The notes under the pieces are model-generated. The model did not search any database, was not told where the DNA came from, and saw nothing but the letters and a program-made list of their open reading frames with translations. From Actinobacteria bacterium UBA2279 (GTDB taxonomy: Bacteria; Actinomycetota; Coriobacteriia; Anaerosomatales; Anaerosomataceae), in contig DDWT01000033.1 of NCBI GenBank assembly GCA_002347365.1, positions 1 through 32,000 of the forward strand: a DNA stretch of 32,000 nucleotides, read 5' to 3'. The stretch's first letter is position 1. Each line of letters starts with the position of its first letter. Of this stretch, positions 23,845 to 32,000 are shown one piece after another. Both the position numbers and the translations under genes were made by a program.

Positions 23845-25203
23845 GTGGCCTCACGTCGTACCAACATAGCGCTCGTCTTCATCAAGCACGGGCTCGCTGC
23901 AGTGCCCGCCGCGGCATTCGGTCTCGCTCCTGCTGCGAGGCGTCGCTCGGCATTCGCGCGTCGCTGGCGGCTGGCGTTCGAGGAGCTCGGCCCGGCATTC
24001 GTCAAACTCGGACAGCTCATCTCGGTGCGCCCCGACGAGTTCTCCGAGGAGCTCGTGGCCGAGATGCAGCGCATGCAAGACGCGGTCGCTCCGCTTCCCG
24101 CCTCGGCCATCAGACGGGTCATCACCGAGGAGTTCGCCGCAACGCCTGAAGAGCTGTGGGCCGATTTCGAGGACGAGCCCGTGGCCTCGGCTTCCATCGC
24201 GCAGGTGCATCGCGCAACGCTCGCAAGACCGTACCGGCCCGTATGGGGCGAGGAGCTGCCCGCAGGCACGACCGTTGCCATCAAAGTGGTGCGGCCGGGT
24301 GCTGCCGATTCCATTCGCTCCGACATAGCGGTCGCCCGCCGACTGGCCGAGCGCGTCGGGCGCCTTGGTCTGGCCAGGCGTTTCGACCCCGTTGCGCTGC
24401 TCGACGAGTTCGCGGACACCGTTGCCCGGGAGCTCGATCTCCGCCGCGAAGGTCGCTTTGCGGACCGGTTCGCATTCGATTTCCGCGATGACGACCGCGT
24501 TGTCGCTCCCCGCATCGTCTGGCCGCTCTCCAGCCGCCGGGTAGTCACGATGGAGTACATGCACGGGTGGCGCCTGACCGACCTGGAAGAGGCGCGCGCG
24601 GCGGGCGTGGACTGCTACGGTCTCGCCGTCCATGGCGCCACCGCGTTCATGCGGCAGGTCTTCGTCTACGGGCGGTATCACGCCGACCTGCATCCCGCGA
24701 ACCTGTTCGTCACCCCCGACAACAAGATCGCCTACCTTGATTTCGGCATCGTGGGCTACCTCACTCCGGAGGAGCGCATGAACATCACGCAGGTTATGGC
24801 CGCGCTCGTCTATCGCGATCCCGAACGCGCGCTTACCTACTCGGCGAAGTTGGGCGTGGATGTGCCTGCCGAGAAGATAGGAGTGGTTCGCGCGGGGTTG
24901 GCGGATTTGCTGGATGGAACGCTTCGCGAGGACGGGACGCGCGACTTCCGGCACTTCGGACTGGGGTTCTTGCGTCTGCTTGGAGCCAACGATGTCCGCA
25001 TCCCGGCGGGGTACGGGTTGCTCATCAAGTCGCTGGCCACGGTGGAAGGCGTCGCCCGCGCGCTGTACCCCGAGATCGATATCGTACAGACGGCGCAACC
25101 GTTCACAACCCGGATACTCGGCAGGGCGATGGGGGACCCGGCACGGCTTCGGGAGCGGATGCCGGCGGCGATACGCGCGGCGCTACGCGAACTCGTCGCC
25201 TGA
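23845..25203 (+). CDS. ABC1/UbiB-family atypical protein kinase
   Basis: 452-aa ORF with a GTG start after TAGGGGG. Motifs seen: FVKLGQLISVRPDEFSEELVAEMQRMQD, ASASIAQVHRA, AIKVVRPG, ELDLRREG, and catalytic HADLHPANLFV..YLDFG. Confidence 0.85.
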   Translation: MASRRTNIALVFIKHGLAAVPAAAFGLAPAARRRSAFARRWRLAFEELGPAFVKLGQLISVRPDEFSEELVAEMQRMQDAVAPLPASAIRRVITEEFAATPEELWADFEDEPVASASIAQVHRATLARPYRPVWGEELPAGTTVAIKVVRPGAADSIRSDIAVARRLAERVGRLGLARRFDPVALLDEFADTVARELDLRREGRFADRFAFDFRDDDRVVAPRIVWPLSSRRVVTMEYMHGWRLTDLEEARAAGVDCYGLAVHGATAFMRQVFVYGRYHADLHPANLFVTPDNKIAYLDFGIVGYLTPEERMNITQVMAALVYRDPERALTYSAKLGVDVPAEKIGVVRAGLADLLDGTLREDGTRDFRHFGLGFLRLLGANDVRIPAGYGLLIKSLATVEGVARALYPEIDIVQTAQPFTTRILGRAMGDPARLRERMPAAIRAALRELVA

Positions 25204-26022
25204 CGTATCCAGAGTTAGTTCGTCGTTGCACAGGGCATCGTTCATGCTGCCTGTGCGGTAGCCTTCGAGGTCTTGTGCAGCGAAGGTGAACCCGGCTGCT
25301 TTCACGGCCGCGGAGACTGCTTCGCGGAGTTCCCACGCATGCTGCATCTCCTCAGGTTCGACCTCCACGCGCGCGACGTCTCCATGGGCGCGTACGCGGA
25401 ACTGACGGATGCCGAGGTCGCGGATGCTTTGCTCGGCACGCCCCACGCGCTCGATTCCGTCTTCGGTGATCGGCGTACCGTAGGGGAAGCGGGTAGCCAG
25501 GCATGCCATCGACGGCTTGTCCCACGTTGGTAGACCCAGCTCCCGTGAGAGCGTGCGAATCTCTTCCTTGTGCAACCCCACTTCCAGCAGGGGACTTGCG
25601 ACACCGTACTCACGGGCCGCCCGTCGTCCGGGACGGTGGTCGGAGGCATCATCCGCGTTGCTGCCATCGAGCACCCATTTGATGCCTCGGGCATCCGCGA
25701 CCGTCCGGAGCAGTCCGAACATCTCACTCTTGCAGTAGTAACAGCGGTCAGCAGGGTTCATTCGGAAGCGCGGATCGGTGAGCTCGTATGTCTCGACCTC
25801 GAGCAACCTGAGCCCGAGGTCCCGCGCTGTGGCTCTGGCGCCTTCGATCTCCCCGGCAGTGTGGACATCGGAGATCGCGAGCACGGCGAGGCAACGCTCG
25901 CCGAGGACGACATGAGCTGCAAATGCGAGGAGTGTGGAGTCGACCCCGCCGGAGTAGGCGATCAGGGCGCTGCCTAGATTTTGGATGCGATTCCGAAGAT
26001 GATCGTACTTGCGAGTCAGCAT
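25183..26022 (-). CDS. larE: PP-loop ATP pyrophosphatase, LarE-like sulfur transferase (TIGR00268-type)
   Basis: I trimmed to the ATG at 26022 (MLTRKYDHLRNRI..), after GGGAGAG. It has the PP-loop SGGVDST, plus CYYCK and SMACLATRFPYG. The 3' end overlaps the convergent kinase gene by 21 nt. Confidence 0.75.
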   Translation of the reverse strand: MLTRKYDHLRNRIQNLGSALIAYSGGVDSTLLAFAAHVVLGERCLAVLAISDVHTAGEIEGARATARDLGLRLLEVETYELTDPRFRMNPADRCYYCKSEMFGLLRTVADARGIKWVLDGSNADDASDHRPGRRAAREYGVASPLLEVGLHKEEIRTLSRELGLPTWDKPSMACLATRFPYGTPITEDGIERVGRAEQSIRDLGIRQFRVRAHGDVARVEVEPEEMQHAWELREAVSAAVKAAGFTFAAQDLEGYRTGSMNDALCNDELTLDTSGDEFA

Positions 26023-26146
26023 GTCTCTCCCATGCAGGTTCGTCAGTAGCGCGCATTTGCCGTACTTCATCTTGCCATGCGGAGCGCGGGCGTCAACAAT
26101 CGGCTTAAGGGTATGCACCTGATAGTCCACAAACGGAGGTGCACTG

Positions 26147-28138
26147 ATGTCGGACCGGCATAACGGCGACCCCACGATCGAGCATCTGTCTGCAGAAGGC
26201 GGCACGTTTCAGCCGTCGGAGGAGTTCGCAGCGCGTGCGGTCATCAACTCGAAAGAGGCGTACGCCGAAGCCTACCGTCGATCTCTCGAAGAACCCGAGG
26301 CCTTCTGGGATGAGATGGCGAAAGCTGAGCTCGAGTGGATCGAACCCTACAAGCAAGTCATGTCCGGCGGTTTCGCCGACCTGGACTACACCTGGTTCAA
26401 AGGTGGCACGCTCAACGTATCCGCCAACTGCCTCGACCGTCATCTCAACACCTGGCGCCGTAACAAGGCCGCGCTGATCTGGGAGGCGGACGACGGCCAG
26501 AGCCGGACCTACACCTACCAGCAACTCCACTATGAGGTCAGCAAGTTCGCAAACGTCCTCAAGAAGAAGGGTGTGGAGAAGGGCGACCGGGTCGCGCTGT
26601 ATCTGCCGATGATCCCCGAGCTTGCGATCGCGATGCTCGCGTGTGCCCGTCTGGGCGCTATCCACTCCGTCATCTTCGGTGGCTTCTCGGCCAGTGCACT
26701 TCGCGGCAGGATCCAGGACTGCGGAGCGCGACTTCTGATCACGGCTGACGAGGGCATCCGGGGTGGACGCAAGGTCGCTTTGAAGGCCGCCGCCGACGAA
26801 GCGTTGTTCGAGTGCCCGAGTGTGGAGGCCTGCATAGTCGTGAGACGCGGCGCCGGCGACGTGGACATGGAGCCGGGTCGTGACACCTGGTGGCATCAGG
26901 AGATATCGGCTCCCGAGGTCCGCAAACCCTGCCCGCCTGTCGAGATGGATGCCGAAGATCCGCTCTTCATCCTGTACACTTCCGGATCCACCGGCAAGCC
27001 GAAGGGCGTGCTGCACACGACAGCGGGCTACCTGCTGTACTCGGCACTGACCTTCAAGACCGTCATGGACTACCGGGACGAGGACGTGTATTGGTGCACC
27101 GCTGACATCGGGTGGATCACCGGTCACAGCTACATCGTCTACGGGCCCCTGGCTGCAGGCGCGACGTCGCTCATGTTCGAAGGCGTGCCCACCTACCCCG
27201 ACCCCGGGCGCTTCTGGGCGATCGTCGAGAAGTACCGTGTGAACATCTTCTACACCGCTCCCACTGCGATACGCGCACTCATGAGGCACGGTTCGGGATG
27301 GCCGGGACGCTACGACCTGACCAGCCTCCGCCTGCTCGGCACGGTGGGTGAGCCGATCAACCCTGAGGTCTGGTCGTGGTATCACCAGACGATCGGTGCG
27401 GGCGAGATCCCTATCGTTGACACGTACTGGCAGACGGAGACGGGCGGCTTTCTGATCACGCCGTTCCCGGGAGCAACACCGCTCAAGCCCGGCTCGGCGT
27501 CATGGCCGTTCTTCGGCATCGAGCCGGAAGTCGTTCGCGAGGATGGCAGCCGGGCCGAACCTGGCGAGGGCGGCTATCTGACCATCAAGCGACCGTGGCC
27601 GGGCATCTTGCGCGGCACGTGGGGCGATCCTGACCACGCGCGCATGCGCGAAGTCTACTTCGAGCGTTTCGCCGGCCGATACTTCACGGGTGACGGCGCA
27701 AGAGTCGATGCCGAAGGGGACTACTGGTTGCTGGGACGCGTCGATGACGTCATCAACGTCAGCGGGCATCGCCTGGGTACCGCGGAGGTCGAGAGTGCGC
27801 TCGTCAGTCACGAGGCCGTGAGCGAGGCCGCCGTTGTGGGGTTCCCGCACCCCGTCAAGGGCGAAGGTATCCATGCGTACGTCGTGCTCAAAGACGGTCA
27901 GCTTGAGAGCGATGATCTGGCGACCATCCTGGCGGGTCACGTCCGCAAGGTGATCGGGCCCATCGCGAAGCCCGACCATATCCAGTTCGCCCACGACCTG
28001 CCCAAGACCCGCTCGGGGAAGATCATGCGCCGCATCCTGCGCAAGATAGCTGCCGGTGAGCGGGATATGGAAGCGTTCGGCGATCTGTCGACACTTGCTG
28101 ATCCCAAGGTGGTCAGAGACTTGTTGGCCGGTATCTAA
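26147..28138 (+). CDS. acs: Acetyl-CoA synthetase (AMP-forming)
   Basis: 663-aa ORF with the ATG after ACGGAGG. Motifs seen: [77 protein letters not shown]. Confidence 0.95.
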   Translation: MSDRHNGDPTIEHLSAEGGTFQPSEEFAARAVINSKEAYAEAYRRSLEEPEAFWDEMAKAELEWIEPYKQVMSGGFADLDYTWFKGGTLNVSANCLDRHLNTWRRNKAALIWEADDGQSRTYTYQQLHYEVSKFANVLKKKGVEKGDRVALYLPMIPELAIAMLACARLGAIHSVIFGGFSASALRGRIQDCGARLLITADEGIRGGRKVALKAAADEALFECPSVEACIVVRRGAGDVDMEPGRDTWWHQEISAPEVRKPCPPVEMDAEDPLFILYTSGSTGKPKGVLHTTAGYLLYSALTFKTVMDYRDEDVYWCTADIGWITGHSYIVYGPLAAGATSLMFEGVPTYPDPGRFWAIVEKYRVNIFYTAPTAIRALMRHGSGWPGRYDLTSLRLLGTVGEPINPEVWSWYHQTIGAGEIPIVDTYWQTETGGFLITPFPGATPLKPGSASWPFFGIEPEVVREDGSRAEPGEGGYLTIKRPWPGILRGTWGDPDHARMREVYFERFAGRYFTGDGARVDAEGDYWLLGRVDDVINVSGHRLGTAEVESALVSHEAVSEAAVVGFPHPVKGEGIHAYVVLKDGQLESDDLATILAGHVRKVIGPIAKPDHIQFAHDLPKTRSGKIMRRILRKIAAGERDMEAFGDLSTLADPKVVRDLLAGI

Positions 28139-28202
28139 GGCAGAAGCCCGAGCAGTCCTGAGACGAGACGCTCGGTCACAGGGCAGCACTCCTTGGACCC
28201 AT

Positions 28203-28246
28203 CACCCGGCTTACGTTCCCGTCACATTGGGAACGTAAGCCGGGTG
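28203..28246 (+). terminator. Perfect 18-bp stem / 8-nt loop hairpin between acs and the cytochrome c gene
   Basis: CACCCGGCTTACGTTCCC (28203..28220) pairs perfectly with GGGAACGTAAGCCGGGTG (28229..28246). The loop is GTCACATT. It is followed by GTCTATTCTGG, a weak T tract. Confidence 0.5.
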
Positions 28247-28295
28247 GTCTATTCTGGCGACCATCGCTCCTGGCATGCGATGAGGAGGCGGCATT

Positions 28296-28880
28296 ATGAA
28301 GCATGGTTGGTTGATCGGGTTCGGCATACTGCTCCTGCTCGTGGGAGCGGTACTGGTGGTCATGGTTCTATTCGGCGGAAGCGCCCTCCGTGGTGTCTGC
28401 CCCTGGTGCGGGCAGAGCGCCGTGGACGCACCCGTGACATCGCCGAGGGGCCCTATGGGTGGGCTGCCGGGGAACGACACTGCTCAACCGGGTGCCTACT
28501 CTTCGAACGGTGAGCAGATCTTCTTCTCCGGTGTCGGGCATAACGGACTCATCGGGAGAAGCGCGACGTTTGGACCCGGGATGATGGGCGGCACCGGTTG
28601 TGCAAGCTGTCACGGCGCCGACGGCGCGGGCGGACAGTTCGTGATGATGAGGCGTACGTATGATGCGCCCGACATCACGTATGCAGCGCTCACCGCGCCG
28701 CATACGTCACACGAGGGTGACTCCGAGCCTGCCTGGACGGAGTCGGACATCAGGGCTGCGATCCGGGATGGCATCGAACCCTCTGGTGACACACTCGATC
28801 CGATCATGCCGCGCTGGAACATGGACGATCAAGACATGGCCGACTTGATCGGCTATCTGAAGGAGCTGAGCGCACAATGA
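28296..28880 (+). CDS. Membrane-anchored monohaem c-type cytochrome (class I)
   Basis: The ATG follows GAGGAGG. It has an N-terminal TM anchor (WLIGFGILLLLVGAVLVVMVLF), a single CxxCH (CASCHGADG), a distal Met candidate in PIMPRW, and a class-I-like end (DLIGYLKEL). An extra CPWC lies just after the anchor. Confidence 0.75.
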   Translation: MKHGWLIGFGILLLLVGAVLVVMVLFGGSALRGVCPWCGQSAVDAPVTSPRGPMGGLPGNDTAQPGAYSSNGEQIFFSGVGHNGLIGRSATFGPGMMGGTGCASCHGADGAGGQFVMMRRTYDAPDITYAALTAPHTSHEGDSEPAWTESDIRAAIRDGIEPSGDTLDPIMPRWNMDDQDMADLIGYLKELSAQ

Positions 28881-29131
28881 TGAACGGCGGTGGCTTCTAC
28901 GGCGGATTGGGTGCAGGCGAGCTGCTCGTTCTGCTTTTTGGTGTAGCGATCCTGATAGTCGGCGTGGTTCTCATCGTTGCGTGGTTCACGCGCTCGGGCG
29001 GTCATGATCACGGTGTGGGGACGACTCCCACTGAAGCGGATCGCGCACTCACGGTAGCGCGTGAACGGCTTGCCCGTGGCGAGATCACGAAAGAGGAGTA
29101 TGAGGAGATCATGCGGGTGCTGGCGCCCTAG
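28877..29131 (+). CDS. Small membrane protein with a C-terminal SHOCT domain
   Basis: The ATG overlaps the cytochrome stop as ATGA. It has a TM helix (LLVLLFGVAILIVGVVLIVAWF). The SHOCT-like end reads LTVARERLARGEITKEEYEEIMRVL. Confidence 0.7.
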   Translation: MMNGGGFYGGLGAGELLVLLFGVAILIVGVVLIVAWFTRSGGHDHGVGTTPTEADRALTVARERLARGEITKEEYEEIMRVLAP

Positions 29132-31371
29132 CCGCAGCGCTCCCTGATGCCCATGGCGAGATGGCCGAGAAGCCCCGGGTCTCGTGGCGCTTCTCCATCG
29201 GCGTCGGTGACCAGGAACGTATCGTTCGCCATGCCATCCTGCACAAGCGCGCGTGCGCGGACGATAGTCAATCCGGCGCGTGTCATCTCAGTCGCAATGT
29301 CATGGAGCAGCCCGACTCTGTCCGGCGCGGTCACTCGCACGCTGGTGATGCGTGCCGAGCCCGTGTCCGACTTGACCGTGATCGGAGTATCGCATTCGCC
29401 GTTCGCGTAGTGAGCGCGGCGCTCCTCGAGTCGTGTTTCGAGCGCGAGGTTGCCGGCGAGTGCGGCGCGGAGTTCTCTCTCGAGTCGATTCCATGTGGCG
29501 GGATCCACGCCGGCTGCAGTGGCCGAGGTCACCACGAAACTGTCGAGGACGACGCGTCCGACCGCGTGCGCTTCTGCATCCATGATGTCGAGCCCGGCGA
29601 GTGTGATGCACCCGGCGATCGTTGCGAATATGCCCGCGCGATCGAGTGCAGCGACAGTGAGGCGATAGGTGTCTGACACGGGTCCCGAGGTCACGCGCAC
29701 CGCAAGCGGCGCACCCGACACGCCGCGGTTCATTGAGTCCACGAGCGTGGCCTCGGCGATGACGGTCGCACAGTCGCGATCCACGAGGTAGCGGTAGTGC
29801 ATGGCCCGAACGACGGAAGCGAGTGGAGAACCGAACGGCAGAGCTTCCAGCGCCTCGATACGGATCAGCTGCGCACGATCGGCGATAGTCGCAGCTCCGG
29901 GTTCGGTCAGCGCGATACTCGCGGCGCCGACAAGGCCGCCCACCAACGCCGCGTGCCAGCGTGACCAGGCTCCGGGTCCTGTGGCCATGCTGTCCGCGGC
30001 GGTCAGGACGTAGAGCAAGCCAAGCGTGACGACGTCGCCGACTCGCGCCGCGACATCGAGAACCACATCGTCATCCTGTGTGTCGGAGGTGGCCGCCGTC
30101 TCCGCGAGAAGCAGGTGCTCCCGCACGAGAGTCTCTGTAGTTCTCGTATCGACGTCATCGAAGGTCGCCATCCGGGCGAACATGGTTGCTGCGGATACCC
30201 CTCGTTGGGCGTGACCTCCTCCCGGTGTCGCCTTCCCCGCATCATGCACGAGTGCGGCCGCCAGAAGCGGGCGCCGTCCTTCCGGGTCGCGGAGAACTCG
30301 GGCTGCAAGCGGGTCCTCGTCCCCGACGCTGGGGACCAGGGCAGCGGCGCGCAGCATGTGAGCGCCGACCGTCAGTCGGTGGCCGAGTCCGGGCCTGCGA
30401 AGGGTCATCAATTCCGACATCCCGGAAACCAATCTGTCGAACTCACCACGAAATGCGGCGCGCTCGAGCGCCGGAAGACTCACGGTCCCCTCATCCAGGG
30501 CCGAGAGCAGGTCGGCGGCAGTCCAGCCCGATGGCGGTTCCAGGTCGTGATCACCCCGGGCATCGCGCAACAGCATATCCACAGTCGCCAGTGCGGCATG
30601 CATTGAACTCGTCCCCGACTCGGGGGCGATATCCAAGGTGAAGCGCGAGCTCTTGCGACGCAGGGTAGCTTGCACCCGCCACCGCCCGCCCGTGATCGTG
30701 TCCTGCGCGTCGCACAGCGGGTCATCGTCTTCGCGGTCAGGTGCGGACACGCGGTGTCGGACCGCACCCTCTCTGATCGCCGCGCGCCACACGAGCTCGT
30801 CGATGTCACGCTGTCCGCCGATGCCCTCCTTGAGGTCGGGTTCGAGGTGGTACGGGGAGCCCGGTCTGTTGCGCGCCGACAGTGCTTTCAGCACCTGGTT
30901 CTGGTGTCTGCGTGCACGTCCGGCGATTTTCGCCAGAACCGCTTCGGCATACGCCAGGTCGCCCGCAAGGGGTCTACCGGTGAGAGACGACGTCAGTATC
31001 TCGAGAGTCTGCGTGCACTGCTTCGCGTGGTCCGAGCGGGAGCGAACCTGTTGCCCTACCTCGAGACCGGCGTCCCATAGCGGGTATAGAAGCCGTTCGA
31101 CGTACGGTTTCAACTGTCGACCCGAGACCTCAGACAGGATGAGCAGATCGATGTCCGAATGGGGGAGCAAGCGAGACGCGCCGTATGCTCCGAGCGCGAC
31201 GACCGCCCATTGCCCCGGGCACGATGCGAAGGCCGCCTCCGCAAGAGCGGAGACGGCCTCGTCTGTCACTTGTGCAAGCTCCCGCGCGGCGGCGGTACCC
31301 GGCCGAGCATCAGCGACGATGCGTGCGCGTTCCTCGATGAGTGTTGCGACTATCCCGCTCGGCCCGGTCAC
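29128..31371 (-). CDS. glnD: [Protein-PII] uridylyl/adenylyltransferase GlnD
   Basis: 747-aa ORF with a GTG start 6 nt after the glnK stop. It has a nucleotidyltransferase motif (ALGAYGASRLLPHSDIDLLIL) and an HD domain (ALVHDAGK). Two C-terminal ACT-like repeats are present (TVAALDRAGIFATIAGCITLAGLDI; VTAPDRVGLLHDIATEMTRAGLTI). Confidence 0.85.
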   Translation of the reverse strand: MTGPSGIVATLIEERARIVADARPGTAAARELAQVTDEAVSALAEAAFASCPGQWAVVALGAYGASRLLPHSDIDLLILSEVSGRQLKPYVERLLYPLWDAGLEVGQQVRSRSDHAKQCTQTLEILTSSLTGRPLAGDLAYAEAVLAKIAGRARRHQNQVLKALSARNRPGSPYHLEPDLKEGIGGQRDIDELVWRAAIREGAVRHRVSAPDREDDDPLCDAQDTITGGRWRVQATLRRKSSRFTLDIAPESGTSSMHAALATVDMLLRDARGDHDLEPPSGWTAADLLSALDEGTVSLPALERAAFRGEFDRLVSGMSELMTLRRPGLGHRLTVGAHMLRAAALVPSVGDEDPLAARVLRDPEGRRPLLAAALVHDAGKATPGGGHAQRGVSAATMFARMATFDDVDTRTTETLVREHLLLAETAATSDTQDDDVVLDVAARVGDVVTLGLLYVLTAADSMATGPGAWSRWHAALVGGLVGAASIALTEPGAATIADRAQLIRIEALEALPFGSPLASVVRAMHYRYLVDRDCATVIAEATLVDSMNRGVSGAPLAVRVTSGPVSDTYRLTVAALDRAGIFATIAGCITLAGLDIMDAEAHAVGRVVLDSFVVTSATAAGVDPATWNRLERELRAALAGNLALETRLEERRAHYANGECDTPITVKSDTGSARITSVRVTAPDRVGLLHDIATEMTRAGLTIVRARALVQDGMANDTFLVTDADGEAPRDPGLLGHLAMGIRERCG

Positions 31372-31377
31372 TGTCGT

Positions 31378-32000
<623 letters not shown>

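Noticed and set aside
23397-24560. 387-aa - strand ORF overlapping the small coiled-coil gene and the 5' part of the UbiB kinase gene
   Set aside because: Its composition is extreme Ser/Arg/Ala low complexity with no motifs. The opposite strand encodes a kinase with clear family signatures. This is a typical stop-free antisense frame in high-GC DNA.
26105-27385. 426-aa - strand ORF antisense to acs
   Set aside because: The + strand encodes an unmistakable acetyl-CoA synthetase. The antisense product is Arg/Gly/Val/Asp rich with no recognisable domain.

Overview
This is a high-GC chromosomal segment, roughly 60-65 % GC by eye, with strong G/C preference at third codon positions. Gene order looks actinobacterial: polA-rpsA-coaE-(slt)-uvrB on the + strand and amt-glnK-glnD on the - strand. 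I saw no rRNA, tRNA, CRISPR array, transposase, integrase or recognisable phage or defence genes. About 35 genes are packed tightly, with many 4-bp start/stop overlaps. Nitrogen-control genes sit at two loci: a GSI-alpha-type glnA beside an atypical OmpR-family (GlnR-like) regulator, and amt-glnK-glnD at the right edge. The window also holds a CadC-like ArsR/SmtB repressor with a Zn/Cd/Pb-type P1B ATPase, acs, a LarE-like PP-loop enzyme, a UbiB/ABC1 kinase, an ABC-2 exporter, an aldo/keto reductase and a fused PabB-PabC. Four things are not explained by textbook biology. (1) A translationally coupled - strand cassette (3190..5051) encodes a RimJ/RimL-like GNAT, a chymotrypsin-fold serine protease with no signal peptide, and a free-standing copy of that protease's own N-terminal domain. 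(2) Three tandem paralogous single-pass membrane proteins (15828..17917) share an unrecognised C-terminal domain and lie divergent from the ABC-2 exporter. (3) A membrane-anchored monohaem cytochrome c is coupled to a SHOCT membrane protein and preceded by a perfect 18-bp hairpin. (4) GAAAC-n6-GAAAC direct repeats lie in the glnA/GNAT divergent promoter region. Most long ORFs in the six-frame track that run antisense to conserved genes are high-GC artefacts. All calls come from reading motifs by eye; no database search was run.
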